Shown here: one piece after another, positions 37,126 through 46,586 of the stretch | Position numbering within the stretch: the first letter of the stretch is position 1 | How the letters are laid out: every line of letters begins with the position of its first letter | Assembly (NCBI GenBank): GCA_043754515.1 | Contig: JAYUUO010000150.1 | Span: 1-64,000 of the forward strand | Source of the DNA: Armatimonadota bacterium | GTDB lineage: Bacteria > Armatimonadota > Armatimonadia > Armatimonadales > Armatimonadaceae | Direction: 5' to 3' | Length of the DNA: 64,000 nucleotides | Notes under the pieces: generated by a model | Seen by the model: only the letters and a program-made list of their open reading frames with translations | Databases searched by the model: none | Told to the model about the DNA's origin: nothing | Translations under genes and position numbers: made by a program

Positions 37126-38436
37126 ATGTCACGCCTTATCAGCCGCCGCCGCCTTCTGCAAGTCGGTCTCACTCTTTCTCCCGCGCTACTGGGCGGGATT
37201 GGATGTGTTTCTCGCGGGCGCGGCGTCGTCCCAACAACGCGGGACGAGCGTGGGCGCGTGGTGCTCCGGTTCTGGAACGGCTTCACCGGCCCCGACGGCA
37301 AGACGATGGAGCGGATGATCGCGGGATTCCGCCGCGATAACCCGGACATCGCCGTGCGGATGCAGATCATCCCCTGGGGCACGTATTACGACAAGTTGAC
37401 CCTTTCGCTCGCGTACGGTGGCGCGCCCGACCTGTTTGTGATTCACGCCGGGCGGCTTCCCGAGTTCGCCTCGTTCGGCGTCCTGCGTTCGCTCCGTGAC
37501 CTGTACATGGGCGCGGGCGTGGACTTTGACGAGTCGCGGTTCGCGCCCGTGCCGTGGAAAGCGACGTTCTATAACGACACGCAGTACGCGTTGCCACTCG
37601 ATGTCCATCCCCAGGGCCTGTACTACAACACCGACCTGTTCGAGCGTGCCGGGATCGTGGACGCGCGGGGCAAGGCGAAGCCTCCGACCACCGGGGCGGA
37701 GTTCCTCGATGCCGCGCGGGCGTTGACCCGAGGAGCGGACGGCGGTGGAGCGGGCGAACAGTGGGGCTTCGTTCTGACCTGGCAACGCACCAACTTCATG
37801 ACGGTGATGGGGCAGTTCGGGGGCGGGGTGTTAACGGATGACCTGAAGCACGGCGCGATGAGTTCGCCCGCCGGGATCGCGGCGGTCGAGTGGATGCGCG
37901 ACCTGGTTTTCAAACACAAAGTTGCCCCGCGCCCCGAGGGGCTTGACGCATGGATGACGTTCCGGCAGGGGAAAGCCGCGATGGCGTTCGAGGGGATTTA
38001 TATGCTGTCCTCGCTGGAAGAGCAGAAGGGGCTTGCGTACGCCGGGGCACCCGTCCCGCTGATTGGCACCCGGCCCTCCGTGTGGGGTGGCTCACACTTG
38101 CTCGCGCAACCCGCCGCCGCTAGCGATGAGGCGGCGGCGGCCTCTTGGCGGCTGATGCGCTACCTTTCCGAACACAGCATCGAGTGGGCGAAGGGGGGGC
38201 AGGTACCCGCGCGCAACACGGTGCGGGAGTCGGCGGAGTTCGCGTCGCTCCCGGTCCAGTCCGCGTTCGGGTCGCAGATAACTGACGTGCGGTACGAGCC
38301 GCTCAGCCCACGTACGAACGCCCTATTTCCGTTCATTGACCCGGCGATAGAAGCGGTGCTTTTGAACTTGCAATCGCCGCGCGCCGCGATGGCGGATGCC
38401 GACCGGCGAATCAACCAGGTGCTGGAGCGACCATGA
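37126..38436 (+). CDS. Carbohydrate ABC transporter substrate-binding protein
   Basis: SRRRLL Tat-like signal with Cys, FWNGFTGPDG, APDLF, YALPLD, LYYNTDLF. Confidence 0.9.
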   Translation: MSRLISRRRLLQVGLTLSPALLGGIGCVSRGRGVVPTTRDERGRVVLRFWNGFTGPDGKTMERMIAGFRRDNPDIAVRMQIIPWGTYYDKLTLSLAYGGAPDLFVIHAGRLPEFASFGVLRSLRDLYMGAGVDFDESRFAPVPWKATFYNDTQYALPLDVHPQGLYYNTDLFERAGIVDARGKAKPPTTGAEFLDAARALTRGADGGGAGEQWGFVLTWQRTNFMTVMGQFGGGVLTDDLKHGAMSSPAGIAAVEWMRDLVFKHKVAPRPEGLDAWMTFRQGKAAMAFEGIYMLSSLEEQKGLAYAGAPVPLIGTRPSVWGGSHLLAQPAAASDEAAAASWRLMRYLSEHSIEWAKGGQVPARNTVRESAEFASLPVQSAFGSQITDVRYEPLSPRTNALFPFIDPAIEAVLLNLQSPRAAMADADRRINQVLERP

Positions 38437-39356
38437 GACGGTCCCGCTCTCTAACCGGCTGGCTTTTCGCGATGCCGCATCTCGTGCTGTTCACCGTGTT
38501 CCTGCTCGTGCCAGTCGTGTACGGCTTCTGGATTTCGTTGCACCAGTGGCACATCCTGGCGCGGACGCATCCGTTCGTGGGCTTCGGCAACTACTGGGCC
38601 GCCCTGACCGACGACATCTTCTGGGTCGCGGCGCGGAACACCGCCTACTTCGGGCTGATGATCGTGCCGCTCGGAAACGCCGTTTCGCTCGCGTTCGCGC
38701 TGGGCATTCACGCCCTGAAGCGGGGCCAGGCGTTCTATCGGGTCATCGTCTACCTGCCGGGTGTTATCTCCATTGCCGTAGTCGCCGTTTTATGGAGGTG
38801 GTTGTATGACACGCAGAACGGGCTGATGAACCTGAGCATCGGCGGCGTGGTCAACGCCCTGCGCGGTGTTCACGTCCCGCTCGGCGCGTTCCTTCCGATT
38901 CCATGGCTCTCCGACCCGCGCATCGTGATGCCCGCCATCGTGCTGATGACGATCTGGTGGACGACGGGCGGAAACATGGTGCTGTATCTGGCGGGTCTCG
39001 GCGGGATCCCGGAGGAGTACTACGAGGCGGCCCGCATTGACGGCGCGTCCACCTGGGGGCAGTTTCGGCACGTCACCCTGCCGCTGCTCGCACCGACGAT
39101 CCTGTTCTGCCTCGTGATCTCCGTGCTCGGCGCGTTCCAGATCTTCGGGCAGTCCTATGTGCTGTTCGCGCCCGGCTCGGGACCGGTGCGCTCGGGCCTG
39201 ACGCTGTCGCTGTACATGTATCAGCAGGGCTTTAACCAGTACGAGATCGGGTACGGTGCCGCCATCGCCTACTTGCTGTTCGCCGCCGTCGCGATCATGA
39301 CGCTGATCCAGTTCCGGTTGCTGAGCGGAAGAAAGTCAAAGGAGGAAACGTCCTGA
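38433..39356 (+). CDS. Carbohydrate ABC transporter permease
   Basis: FVGFGNY, YEAARIDGASTWGQFRHVTLPLL (EAA motif). Confidence 0.93.
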   Translation: MRRSRSLTGWLFAMPHLVLFTVFLLVPVVYGFWISLHQWHILARTHPFVGFGNYWAALTDDIFWVAARNTAYFGLMIVPLGNAVSLAFALGIHALKRGQAFYRVIVYLPGVISIAVVAVLWRWLYDTQNGLMNLSIGGVVNALRGVHVPLGAFLPIPWLSDPRIVMPAIVLMTIWWTTGGNMVLYLAGLGGIPEEYYEAARIDGASTWGQFRHVTLPLLAPTILFCLVISVLGAFQIFGQSYVLFAPGSGPVRSGLTLSLYMYQQGFNQYEIGYGAAIAYLLFAAVAIMTLIQFRLLSGRKSKEETS

Positions 39357-40216
39357 TGAATCGCCAACGAATCGCCACCCGAAGTCGTAACTGGCAGCCT
39401 GGTCTCCACCTGGCTTTGCTGGCGGGCGTGTTCCTGTTTCTGGCTCCCGTGCTGTGGATGTTGTCCACCGCGCTGAAGTCGCCGGACGCCATCATCAAGG
39501 ATCTGGCGTCCCTGCGCTGGCTCCCGCACCCCGCGACCACGCAGAACTTCCGGTATATTCTGGCGAAGGTCGAGGAGTTCCCCGTGTGGCGATGGACGTC
39601 GAACAGCGTGTTTGTCTCGCTGGCGACCACCGCGCTGATACTTATTGTTGACGGACTCGCCGCGTTCGCCTACGCCCGCCTGAAGTGGACCGGGCGCGAC
39701 AAGGTGTTCGGGGTGCTACTCGCGACGATGCTGGTGCCGGGTCAGGCACTCCTGATCCCGTCGTACCTGCTGATCCGATCGCTTGGCTGGTTCGACACAT
39801 ATGTCGCGCTGATCGTCCCGGCGGCGGCGGGGACGTTCGGGGTCTTCCTGTTGCGCCAGTTCTTCGCCGCGATTCCGGTCGAACTGGAGGAGGCGGCGCG
39901 CATAGACGGCTGTAGCCCGATGGGGATCCTGCTCAACGTGATCGTGCCGCTATCCCTGCCCGCGTTCGCCGCGCTCGGGATCTTCACGTTTATCGCCACC
40001 TGGAACGCGTTTGAGGCACCGCTCCTTTTTACGGACAGCCTGGAGATGCGGACGCTCCCGATCGGAATCACCATATTCCAGGGTCACTACAGCACCGAGT
40101 ACGGCCCGATGATGGCGGCGGCTAGCCTCGCGGCGGTGCCGGTCATTATCGCTTTCCTCCTGTTACAGCGACATATCATCCGGGGGATCTCGCTCACGGG
40201 GATAGCTGGCAGATAA
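39356..40216 (+). CDS. Carbohydrate ABC transporter permease
   Basis: FLLRQFF, ELEEAARIDG, WNAF. Confidence 0.93.
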   Translation: MNRQRIATRSRNWQPGLHLALLAGVFLFLAPVLWMLSTALKSPDAIIKDLASLRWLPHPATTQNFRYILAKVEEFPVWRWTSNSVFVSLATTALILIVDGLAAFAYARLKWTGRDKVFGVLLATMLVPGQALLIPSYLLIRSLGWFDTYVALIVPAAAGTFGVFLLRQFFAAIPVELEEAARIDGCSPMGILLNVIVPLSLPAFAALGIFTFIATWNAFEAPLLFTDSLEMRTLPIGITIFQGHYSTEYGPMMAAASLAAVPVIIAFLLLQRHIIRGISLTGIAGR

Positions 40217-40226
40217 CCAACCGACC

Positions 40227-42065
40227 ATGACACGAAAAATACCTCCTCTCGCCGTCCGTCTGAGTCTCTCAAATGTCGCGCGGTTCGTCAAGAAACGCGG
40301 GTTGAAACCCACGTCTGTAGGCACTCCGTGCCGAACGTCCTCTGGACGGGGATGGCTTCACTTGCCCCTGGTGGGCGACCACGCGACTTTAGCGATCCCT
40401 TTATTTTTGCTCCTGCTTCTCTCGCTGTCGGCCTGCCGTACCGAAGGGCAGGTCGTCGCGCCTCGCCCGGACGCTACCACGCGGTGGCCACTTCCGAAGG
40501 CGGCGGGCAAGTCGCGCCGGGTTCCCGCTGCCGTCCGGGAAGCCGTGCCCGCGCTTCGGACGTTCACCAACCCCATCGTCACCTCGCGCGACGCCGCCGA
40601 CCCGTGGCTCGCCTACCGGAACGGCTATTACTACTTCACCTTCACCGTCGGCAAGAGCGTTGAGGTTTGGAAGTCTCCTTCCTTGACCGCGCTAGACAAA
40701 GGCACGAAGGTCACGGTCTGGCGGGCACCGGACAAGGGGCCGAACGCCGAGGATGTCTGGGCTCCGGAGATCCACTTCCTGGACGGCAGATGGTACATCT
40801 ACTACACCGCGTCGGATGGGAACGACTTGCACCGCCGCCAGTTCGTTCTGGAGTCTGTTACGGACGATCCGCAGGGGGCGTACACCGAGAAGGGGCGGAT
40901 AGTGGTTCCCGGCACCGACGTTTACGCGATTGACGGCACCGTGGCCCAACTACCGGGGGGCGGCCTGTACTTCTTCTGGTCGGGACGCGCTCAGGACGCG
41001 CCGGGAACGCAGAATATCTATGTCGCGCCGATGAAGAACCCGTGGACGCTTTCCGGGAACCGCGTCCTGCTGTCCGAGCCGACGTTCGACTGGGAGCGGC
41101 GCGGCTGGCCCGTGAACGAAGGGCCGGAAGTCCTCACGCGCGGCGGGAAGACGTTCATGATCTACTCCGCGAGCGGCGGCACGACGCCGGACTACTGTCT
41201 GGGGATGTTGACCAACACGGACGGGAACCTGCTCCGCCCCGAGTCCTGGAGCAAGTCCACCGTGCCGGTTTTCCGCAAGTATAGCGGCCGCGACGGCGTG
41301 GTCTACACGCCGGGCCATAACGGCTTCTGTCTGTCGCCGGACCGTACACAGAACTGGATCGTGTACCACGGCAAAGAGGGGATTGACAACACCTGGCGTG
41401 GGAGGACGGCGCGTGCGCAACAGTTCGTCTGGAACAGCGAGGGCGTGCCGTACTTCGGACACCCGGTTCCCGCCGGGGTGCCGCTCGCGGTTCCTTCGGA
41501 CGACGGCGCGGGTGGGCGCGCACCCCGCGCTATTCAGGGGACGGGCTTGACCGGCGAGTATTTCGCGGGGGGCGCGCCGGGGGAAGGGATGCCGCGGAGA
41601 ACGCGCCTGGACCCGGTTATCGGGTTCCAGTGGGGCGGGGCGACTGACGCGGCGACGCCTGGTACGTCGGTGCGCTGGCACGGCGCGGTGGTGCCCCGAT
41701 TCGATGACACCTATACGTTGCAGACTTACTCGGAGGGTGGCGTCCGCGTGTGGGTAAACGGCAAGATGCTGATTGATGACTGGGACGAGCATCCATTGAC
41801 TGCCGACGAGGGAACGGTGTCGCTGGCCGCGAACAAGCCGCATGACCTGCGTGTGGAGTACCGCGCCGGGAAGAACGCTTCCAATATCATGCTCGCGTGG
41901 TCCAGTCCGCGCCAGCCCTTCGAGATCATCCCGGCGCGGGCACTGTTCCCCGCAACGCGGACAGCGGGGCGCGGCGTACCCGGCGGCGTAACGGTGGTCT
42001 CGCGCTCACGCTGGGTCCGCGGCGCGGGCCGGCGCGTGGTAAACGTAAAGGCGGCCGATAAGTGA
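40227..42065 (+). CDS. GH43 glycoside hydrolase with C-terminal PA14 domain (probable lipoprotein)
   Basis: NPIV..ADPW, WAPEIH, AIDG, VNEGP, PGHNGF; GLTGEYF..SVRWHG..GVRVWVNGKMLIDDW (PA14); lipobox LSAC; true start may be downstream of 40227. Confidence 0.88.
   Translation: MTRKIPPLAVRLSLSNVARFVKKRGLKPTSVGTPCRTSSGRGWLHLPLVGDHATLAIPLFLLLLLSLSACRTEGQVVAPRPDATTRWPLPKAAGKSRRVPAAVREAVPALRTFTNPIVTSRDAADPWLAYRNGYYYFTFTVGKSVEVWKSPSLTALDKGTKVTVWRAPDKGPNAEDVWAPEIHFLDGRWYIYYTASDGNDLHRRQFVLESVTDDPQGAYTEKGRIVVPGTDVYAIDGTVAQLPGGGLYFFWSGRAQDAPGTQNIYVAPMKNPWTLSGNRVLLSEPTFDWERRGWPVNEGPEVLTRGGKTFMIYSASGGTTPDYCLGMLTNTDGNLLRPESWSKSTVPVFRKYSGRDGVVYTPGHNGFCLSPDRTQNWIVYHGKEGIDNTWRGRTARAQQFVWNSEGVPYFGHPVPAGVPLAVPSDDGAGGRAPRAIQGTGLTGEYFAGGAPGEGMPRRTRLDPVIGFQWGGATDAATPGTSVRWHGAVVPRFDDTYTLQTYSEGGVRVWVNGKMLIDDWDEHPLTADEGTVSLAANKPHDLRVEYRAGKNASNIMLAWSSPRQPFEIIPARALFPATRTAGRGVPGGVTVVSRSRWVRGAGRRVVNVKAADK
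40279..40313 (+). repeat. REP-like palindromic repeat shared with the 30254-30436 MITE
   Basis: 32/35 nt identical to the reverse complement of 30393-30427. Confidence 0.8.
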
Positions 42066-43051
42066 CGTTAAGTTATACGAACCCCGTTTGGGACGGGTAC
42101 ATGGCGGACCCATTCGTGCTAACAACGCGGGGCGGGTACTATGCGTACGGCACAGGCGATGTGTCCCGCGATGGCCGCCGGTTCCCGGTGCTCTTTTCGC
42201 GCGATCTGGCGAACTGGGAGTCGGTCGGCGGCGCGCTGGAGCCGTCGGTGCACCTGCCTGATGACGCGGATTATTGGGCACCCGCCGCCGCCGAGCGCGA
42301 TGGGCAGTTTTTGCTTTACTACTCGGCGGCACCGGCGGGAGAATTTATACGGCAGCGGTTGCGGGTCGCGACCGCGTCGCGGCCCGACGGCCCGTTCCGT
42401 GATCTGGGCTATGAGATGCTACCGGAGGATGGGTTTTCGATAGACGCGCACCCGTTCACCGACCCGCGCGACGGCGGCCATTACCTTTTCTTCGCCCGTG
42501 ATTACCTTGATGGGGAACGGCCTGGCACGGGCCTCGCCGTCGCGCGTCTCGCGGACGACTTGATGACCGTTATCGGCGATTCGCGTCCGATCCTGCGCCC
42601 GTACGCCGACTGGCAGATATTCGAGCGGGAGCGGGACCTGTATGGACACCGATGGGCGGCGTGGCACACGCTGGAAGGGCCTTGCGTGATCGAGCGCGGC
42701 GGGCTTTATTACTGCTTCTTTTCGGGCGGCTGTTGGGAGGGCGCGGGGTACCGTGTCTCCTACGCCGTGTCGGAGCATCCCCTCGGCCCCTGGATTCCGG
42801 CACCGACATCCGGTAGTGAGACCGATCGGGGCACGCTACTGCGAACCGAGCCGGAGGGGGTGCTTATCGGCCCCGGCCATAACACGGTGGCGACCGCGCC
42901 CGACGGCGAGACCCAGTTCATCGTATACCACGCCTGGGATAGCGACCGAACTGCCCGCCGGATGTGTCTTGACGTACTCCATTGGGAGAACGGTGTGCCG
43001 CGTTGCAACGGGCCGACGCATGAACCGCGACGAGTGCCACTCCGCGACTGA
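42062..43051 (+). CDS. GH43 glycoside hydrolase (no signal peptide)
   Basis: YTNPV..ADPFV, YWAP, SIDAHPF, TLEGP, GPGHN, YHAW. Confidence 0.9.
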   Translation: MTLSYTNPVWDGYMADPFVLTTRGGYYAYGTGDVSRDGRRFPVLFSRDLANWESVGGALEPSVHLPDDADYWAPAAAERDGQFLLYYSAAPAGEFIRQRLRVATASRPDGPFRDLGYEMLPEDGFSIDAHPFTDPRDGGHYLFFARDYLDGERPGTGLAVARLADDLMTVIGDSRPILRPYADWQIFERERDLYGHRWAAWHTLEGPCVIERGGLYYCFFSGGCWEGAGYRVSYAVSEHPLGPWIPAPTSGSETDRGTLLRTEPEGVLIGPGHNTVATAPDGETQFIVYHAWDSDRTARRMCLDVLHWENGVPRCNGPTHEPRRVPLRD

Positions 43052-43123
43052 CCTGGTGCCAGGTGTTACCACGGGCGAACTGCGGTTTGGCGCGTACGCC
43101 ATGGGCGCGGTATTGTGAGAGCC

Positions 43124-43927
43124 ATGACGGAAACTGTAAGCGGTATCAAGCATCCGGCGTTCCGGGACGCCCTCGCGCTGACCCGGCAGGGCGGGCGCGA
43201 GGCGACCGGGCGATATTTAGTCGAGGACGCGGATCAGGTCGCGCAGGCACTGCGTTCGTCCTGTGATGTTCACGCCGTGTTCTGCGCCCCGGAGTCGGTC
43301 GGTGCGCTTACGCCGCTCTGTGAGGCCCGAGGGGTGCCGATATACGCGTTGGGCGGGGGGCTCATCACCAAACTGCTCGGCACCGCCTATGCGACGGCGA
43401 CAACGGCGGTCGCCGCCGTGTCCAAGCGCGTAATGACGCTTGAGGCGGTGCTGGAAGCCCGCCCCGACGCCCTGCTCCTCGTCGCGGAGCGGATCCAGGA
43501 CCCGCGCAACGTCGGCGTGCTGGTACGCACGGCGGAAGCGGCGGGTTGCGCCGCGCTGGTGCTGTCGTCCGATTCGGCGGAGCCGTGGTCGCGGCAGGCG
43601 GTGCGCTCCACGACCGGCTCGATACTGCGTCTCCCGCTGGTGATCGCGGACAAACTGTCGGCGACGCTTTCGTCATACCGGCACGGCGGGTTACGTATCA
43701 TCGCCACATCCGCGAAGGCCCCCGATCTCGCCTACGCCGCCGACTTGTCCGTCCGCCCGCTCGCGCTCGCGGTCGGCAATGAAAGCGACGGCATCAGCGA
43801 TGCGCTCCGCGCGGTCGCGTCGGACTTCGTCCGGCTCCCGATGGCACCCGGCGGCGCGTCATCGCTCAATGTCACGGTCGCGGCGGGCGTGCTGGTGTAC
43901 GAGGCGGTGCGGCAGGGAATGCATTAG
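43124..43927 (+). CDS. TrmH/SpoU family RNA methyltransferase
   Basis: IQDPRNVGVLVRTAEAAG, VGNESDG, SLNVTVAAGV. Confidence 0.92.
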   Translation: MTETVSGIKHPAFRDALALTRQGGREATGRYLVEDADQVAQALRSSCDVHAVFCAPESVGALTPLCEARGVPIYALGGGLITKLLGTAYATATTAVAAVSKRVMTLEAVLEARPDALLLVAERIQDPRNVGVLVRTAEAAGCAALVLSSDSAEPWSRQAVRSTTGSILRLPLVIADKLSATLSSYRHGGLRIIATSAKAPDLAYAADLSVRPLALAVGNESDGISDALRAVASDFVRLPMAPGGASSLNVTVAAGVLVYEAVRQGMH

Positions 43928-43945
43928 ACGATGTCCCACAACCGA

Positions 43946-44527
43946 TCACGCTTTGCCCGTGGAACCGGGACGATGGACGGGAATCGCCGCCAGCCACTCC
44001 GGCACCACGTCAGGCGCGAAGGACTCCACCTGTAGCGAAAGCAGGGCGACGACGGGCACGTCCCCAAAAGTCACCGCGCCGCCCGAGCGATCCACGAGTA
44101 AGCCTACCGCGCACAGTATCGCGCCTCGCCTCTTGACTAGCTCGATGCACTCGCGCACCGAACCGCCTGTGGTTAACACGTCGTCTACCACCGCGACCCG
44201 CGCCCCCGGCGCGATATGCTCCGGGCGGCGCAGGAACCGATTGCCGTCCGCGCCCTTCTCGCCGTACGCGGCGGGAACGCCGAGATGCTTCGCCGTCTCG
44301 TAAGCCAATAAAACCCCGAGGGTGGTAGGGCCGAGCACCACGTCGGGGCGGAAGGGCGCGAGACGGGCGGCGAGTTCGCGGCACAGCGTTTCCACATGAC
44401 GCGGCTGATTGAGCACATGAAACTTCTCGAAGTAGCGGGAAGAGTGGTTGCCGCTGGTGAGGACGAAGTGCCCGGTGAGCAAAGCCCCGGACTGCTCGAA
44501 AATCTGGAGGACGTCGGTATCGGTCAT
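43946..44527 (-). CDS. pyrE: Orotate phosphoribosyltransferase
   Basis: ALLTGHFVLTSGNHS..YFEK, VVDDVLTTGGS, VDRSGG, PGS C-terminus. Confidence 0.93.
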   Translation of the reverse strand: MTDTDVLQIFEQSGALLTGHFVLTSGNHSSRYFEKFHVLNQPRHVETLCRELAARLAPFRPDVVLGPTTLGVLLAYETAKHLGVPAAYGEKGADGNRFLRRPEHIAPGARVAVVDDVLTTGGSVRECIELVKRRGAILCAVGLLVDRSGGAVTFGDVPVVALLSLQVESFAPDVVPEWLAAIPVHRPGSTGKA

Positions 44528-44635
44528 GCCCTGCGTTATACCACCGCCCTCCGTGTTCATGCCTGTTCCTTCTTCCGCCGAAGCGGTCACACGCAATCGC
44601 GCCCACGTCCTCAAAACGAAAGAGCGGCGAGGCGG

Positions 44636-45082
44636 TCATTGTGTGAAAGAGATGATCGCCTTCGGCGCGTGATACTTCGCGGGCCAATCCTCGTACTCCA
44701 CGTCAGTCACCCACGCGGCTTTGTCTACTAGTTTCCACTTCCCATGTATCTTGTGAAACAGGGCGGTTATCGAGTTCGAGTTGCCCTCGGGGTTGAGACC
44801 CGCCTTCGCGAAGTCGAGTGGCTTTCCGCCTGGTTGTAGCGCGACGACGTCCACGAACGCCCAATCCTTTATAATGTTGAACCCGGTGACCTTGAAAATC
44901 ACTTTCTGGTGCGCCTCCTTCTCGACGCCGGGTCGCAACAGATTGAGAATGGTCTTCCGCAAAGGATCGCCGACCTTCGCAGTGATCGGGCCATCCTGCG
45001 CCGCCGCGCCGCGACACAACAGGAGCAAGACGCAGACAGTCGGCACTGTTACGGCGGTTCCCCGAATCGAGTAGTTGTTCAT
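44636..45082 (-). CDS. Secreted hypothetical protein
   Basis: Signal peptide ending AAA-Q; GDPLRKTILNLLR..DWAFV; TACAGT 5 nt before ATG. Confidence 0.7.
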   Translation of the reverse strand: MNNYSIRGTAVTVPTVCVLLLLCRGAAAQDGPITAKVGDPLRKTILNLLRPGVEKEAHQKVIFKVTGFNIIKDWAFVDVVALQPGGKPLDFAKAGLNPEGNSNSITALFHKIHGKWKLVDKAAWVTDVEYEDWPAKYHAPKAIISFTQ

Positions 45083-45139
45083 GGCTCACTGTACCCTATA
45101 GCGTGGGGCGTCACTCTCAAAAACGTCAACTGTGCCCTG

Positions 45140-45775
45140 TCACCGGTCGGCGTTATTCCGCAGCGGCTGGACATTTCGCTCCTCGGGCGGGATCGCAGTC
45201 CACCACCGGGTAGCGGGCAGGACGGACGCGCCGTTCACAAAGGCGGGGACGGGAACCGGAACAGCCGCGAACCGCGCCCGCGCCGCTTCGAGGAGCGACA
45301 GCGCCTCCGCGACAGGAATCCCGATGTCATTCTGCCCCACGATACAGGGAGTGCCGTGAACCGGGACGCTCCCCGCTAGCAAGGCGCGTTTGGCTTTCGG
45401 GAGGCGGTCCAAATAGGCGAGCGGGTCATGGAGATGAATCAGCAACGCTGGTTGACCGCTCACAGTCGCCTCCGCGAAGCCAGAAATCTCATGCCAGTGG
45501 ACGAGGCCACCATGCGCGGTCCCGGTGGCATCCGTTATTCCTTCCGCGTCCCCGAGTAGCGCGGGCACCGTCCAGGTCGCTACCCAGTTAGAAAGGCTGA
45601 ACAGGAAAACTAACAGGCAAGGAATTGCTAATATAAGGTAGGGGGGAGAAGCCCAACTGCTAACGAAAAGGAAAAAGATCACCGCCAGTTGAAGAGCGGC
45701 ATTGAACAGTACGCTACCGATGTTAGCGGGGATGCGAACTACTCCTCCTTCGTCCATGGGGGTGTCACCTGTCAT
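45140..45775 (-). CDS. Membrane protein (STM3941-like), tandem paralog 1
   Basis: Two TM helices, then PALL..EGITDATG..WHEI; ends WWTAIPPEER. Confidence 0.7.
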   Translation of the reverse strand: MTGDTPMDEGGVVRIPANIGSVLFNAALQLAVIFFLFVSSWASPPYLILAIPCLLVFLFSLSNWVATWTVPALLGDAEGITDATGTAHGGLVHWHEISGFAEATVSGQPALLIHLHDPLAYLDRLPKAKRALLAGSVPVHGTPCIVGQNDIGIPVAEALSLLEAARARFAAVPVPVPAFVNGASVLPATRWWTAIPPEERNVQPLRNNADR

Positions 45776-45816
45776 AATGGAAATATTGTACCACCGGCAC
45801 CGTTAAAAACCGTCGG

Positions 45817-46440
45817 CTACCGGTCGCGTCGAACCGCGACCACGGCGCGTTCTTCGGGCGGAACCGCCGTCCACCAGTGGCGGGTCGTACCCGCGTCAGG
45901 TGACACGCACCCCGCCTCCCGCGACGCACGCCATGTCGCCTCGACGAGTGCTCGTACCTCGTTCAACGGGATGGCCAGCTCCTCCTCCGACACCAGGAAC
46001 GGCGACCCGAACATGGTGACGTTCGCGGACAGGAGCGACCGCTTCCAGAGGGGCAGTCGGGCGAGGTACGCCGCGTCGTCGGTCAGTTCGATGGCGAGTG
46101 ATGTGTGTCCGCGTATCCGTACCTGCGACACCGACCATATCTCGCTCCAGCGCGCCATGCCGCCCGTGACGATGCCGGTCGCGTCCGTGATTCCCTCGTC
46201 CGTCAGCAGAAGGGCAGGGGTGGTGTTAGCGCGGCACCACTTGGCTAGATCCATCGCGCCCGCGACGATGCCATAAGAACCCAGTGCCCCGATGAAGAGA
46301 GCCGCTACCAAAATCGCCCCGCCAGGCTTCCCGCTCGCGAGCAACAGCCCCACGTCGGCAAGCGAAATCGCCCCGAGGAGGAGCATGGAGATACCGGCTC
46401 GGTACAGGGCGGAGTTGGCGGGGATCAGGATAGGTTTCAC
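45817..46440 (-). CDS. Membrane protein (STM3941-like), tandem paralog 2
   Basis: Two TM helices, then PALLLTDEGITDATG..WSEI; ends WWTAVPPEER. Confidence 0.7.
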   Translation of the reverse strand: MKPILIPANSALYRAGISMLLLGAISLADVGLLLASGKPGGAILVAALFIGALGSYGIVAGAMDLAKWCRANTTPALLLTDEGITDATGIVTGGMARWSEIWSVSQVRIRGHTSLAIELTDDAAYLARLPLWKRSLLSANVTMFGSPFLVSEEELAIPLNEVRALVEATWRASREAGCVSPDAGTTRHWWTAVPPEERAVVAVRRDR

Positions 46441-46586
46441 AAGTGGCCTCTCATGTCAACGCTCGCGCGGCGCGGGCGTTTGTACGATTATACAACGTGC
46501 CGACCGGCTAAAAGTCACCGACGATGGATAGTTTTCCGCGGTGCCGAAGCCGCATGGGGTGACAGATAGGGTGCTATAATCAGAGC

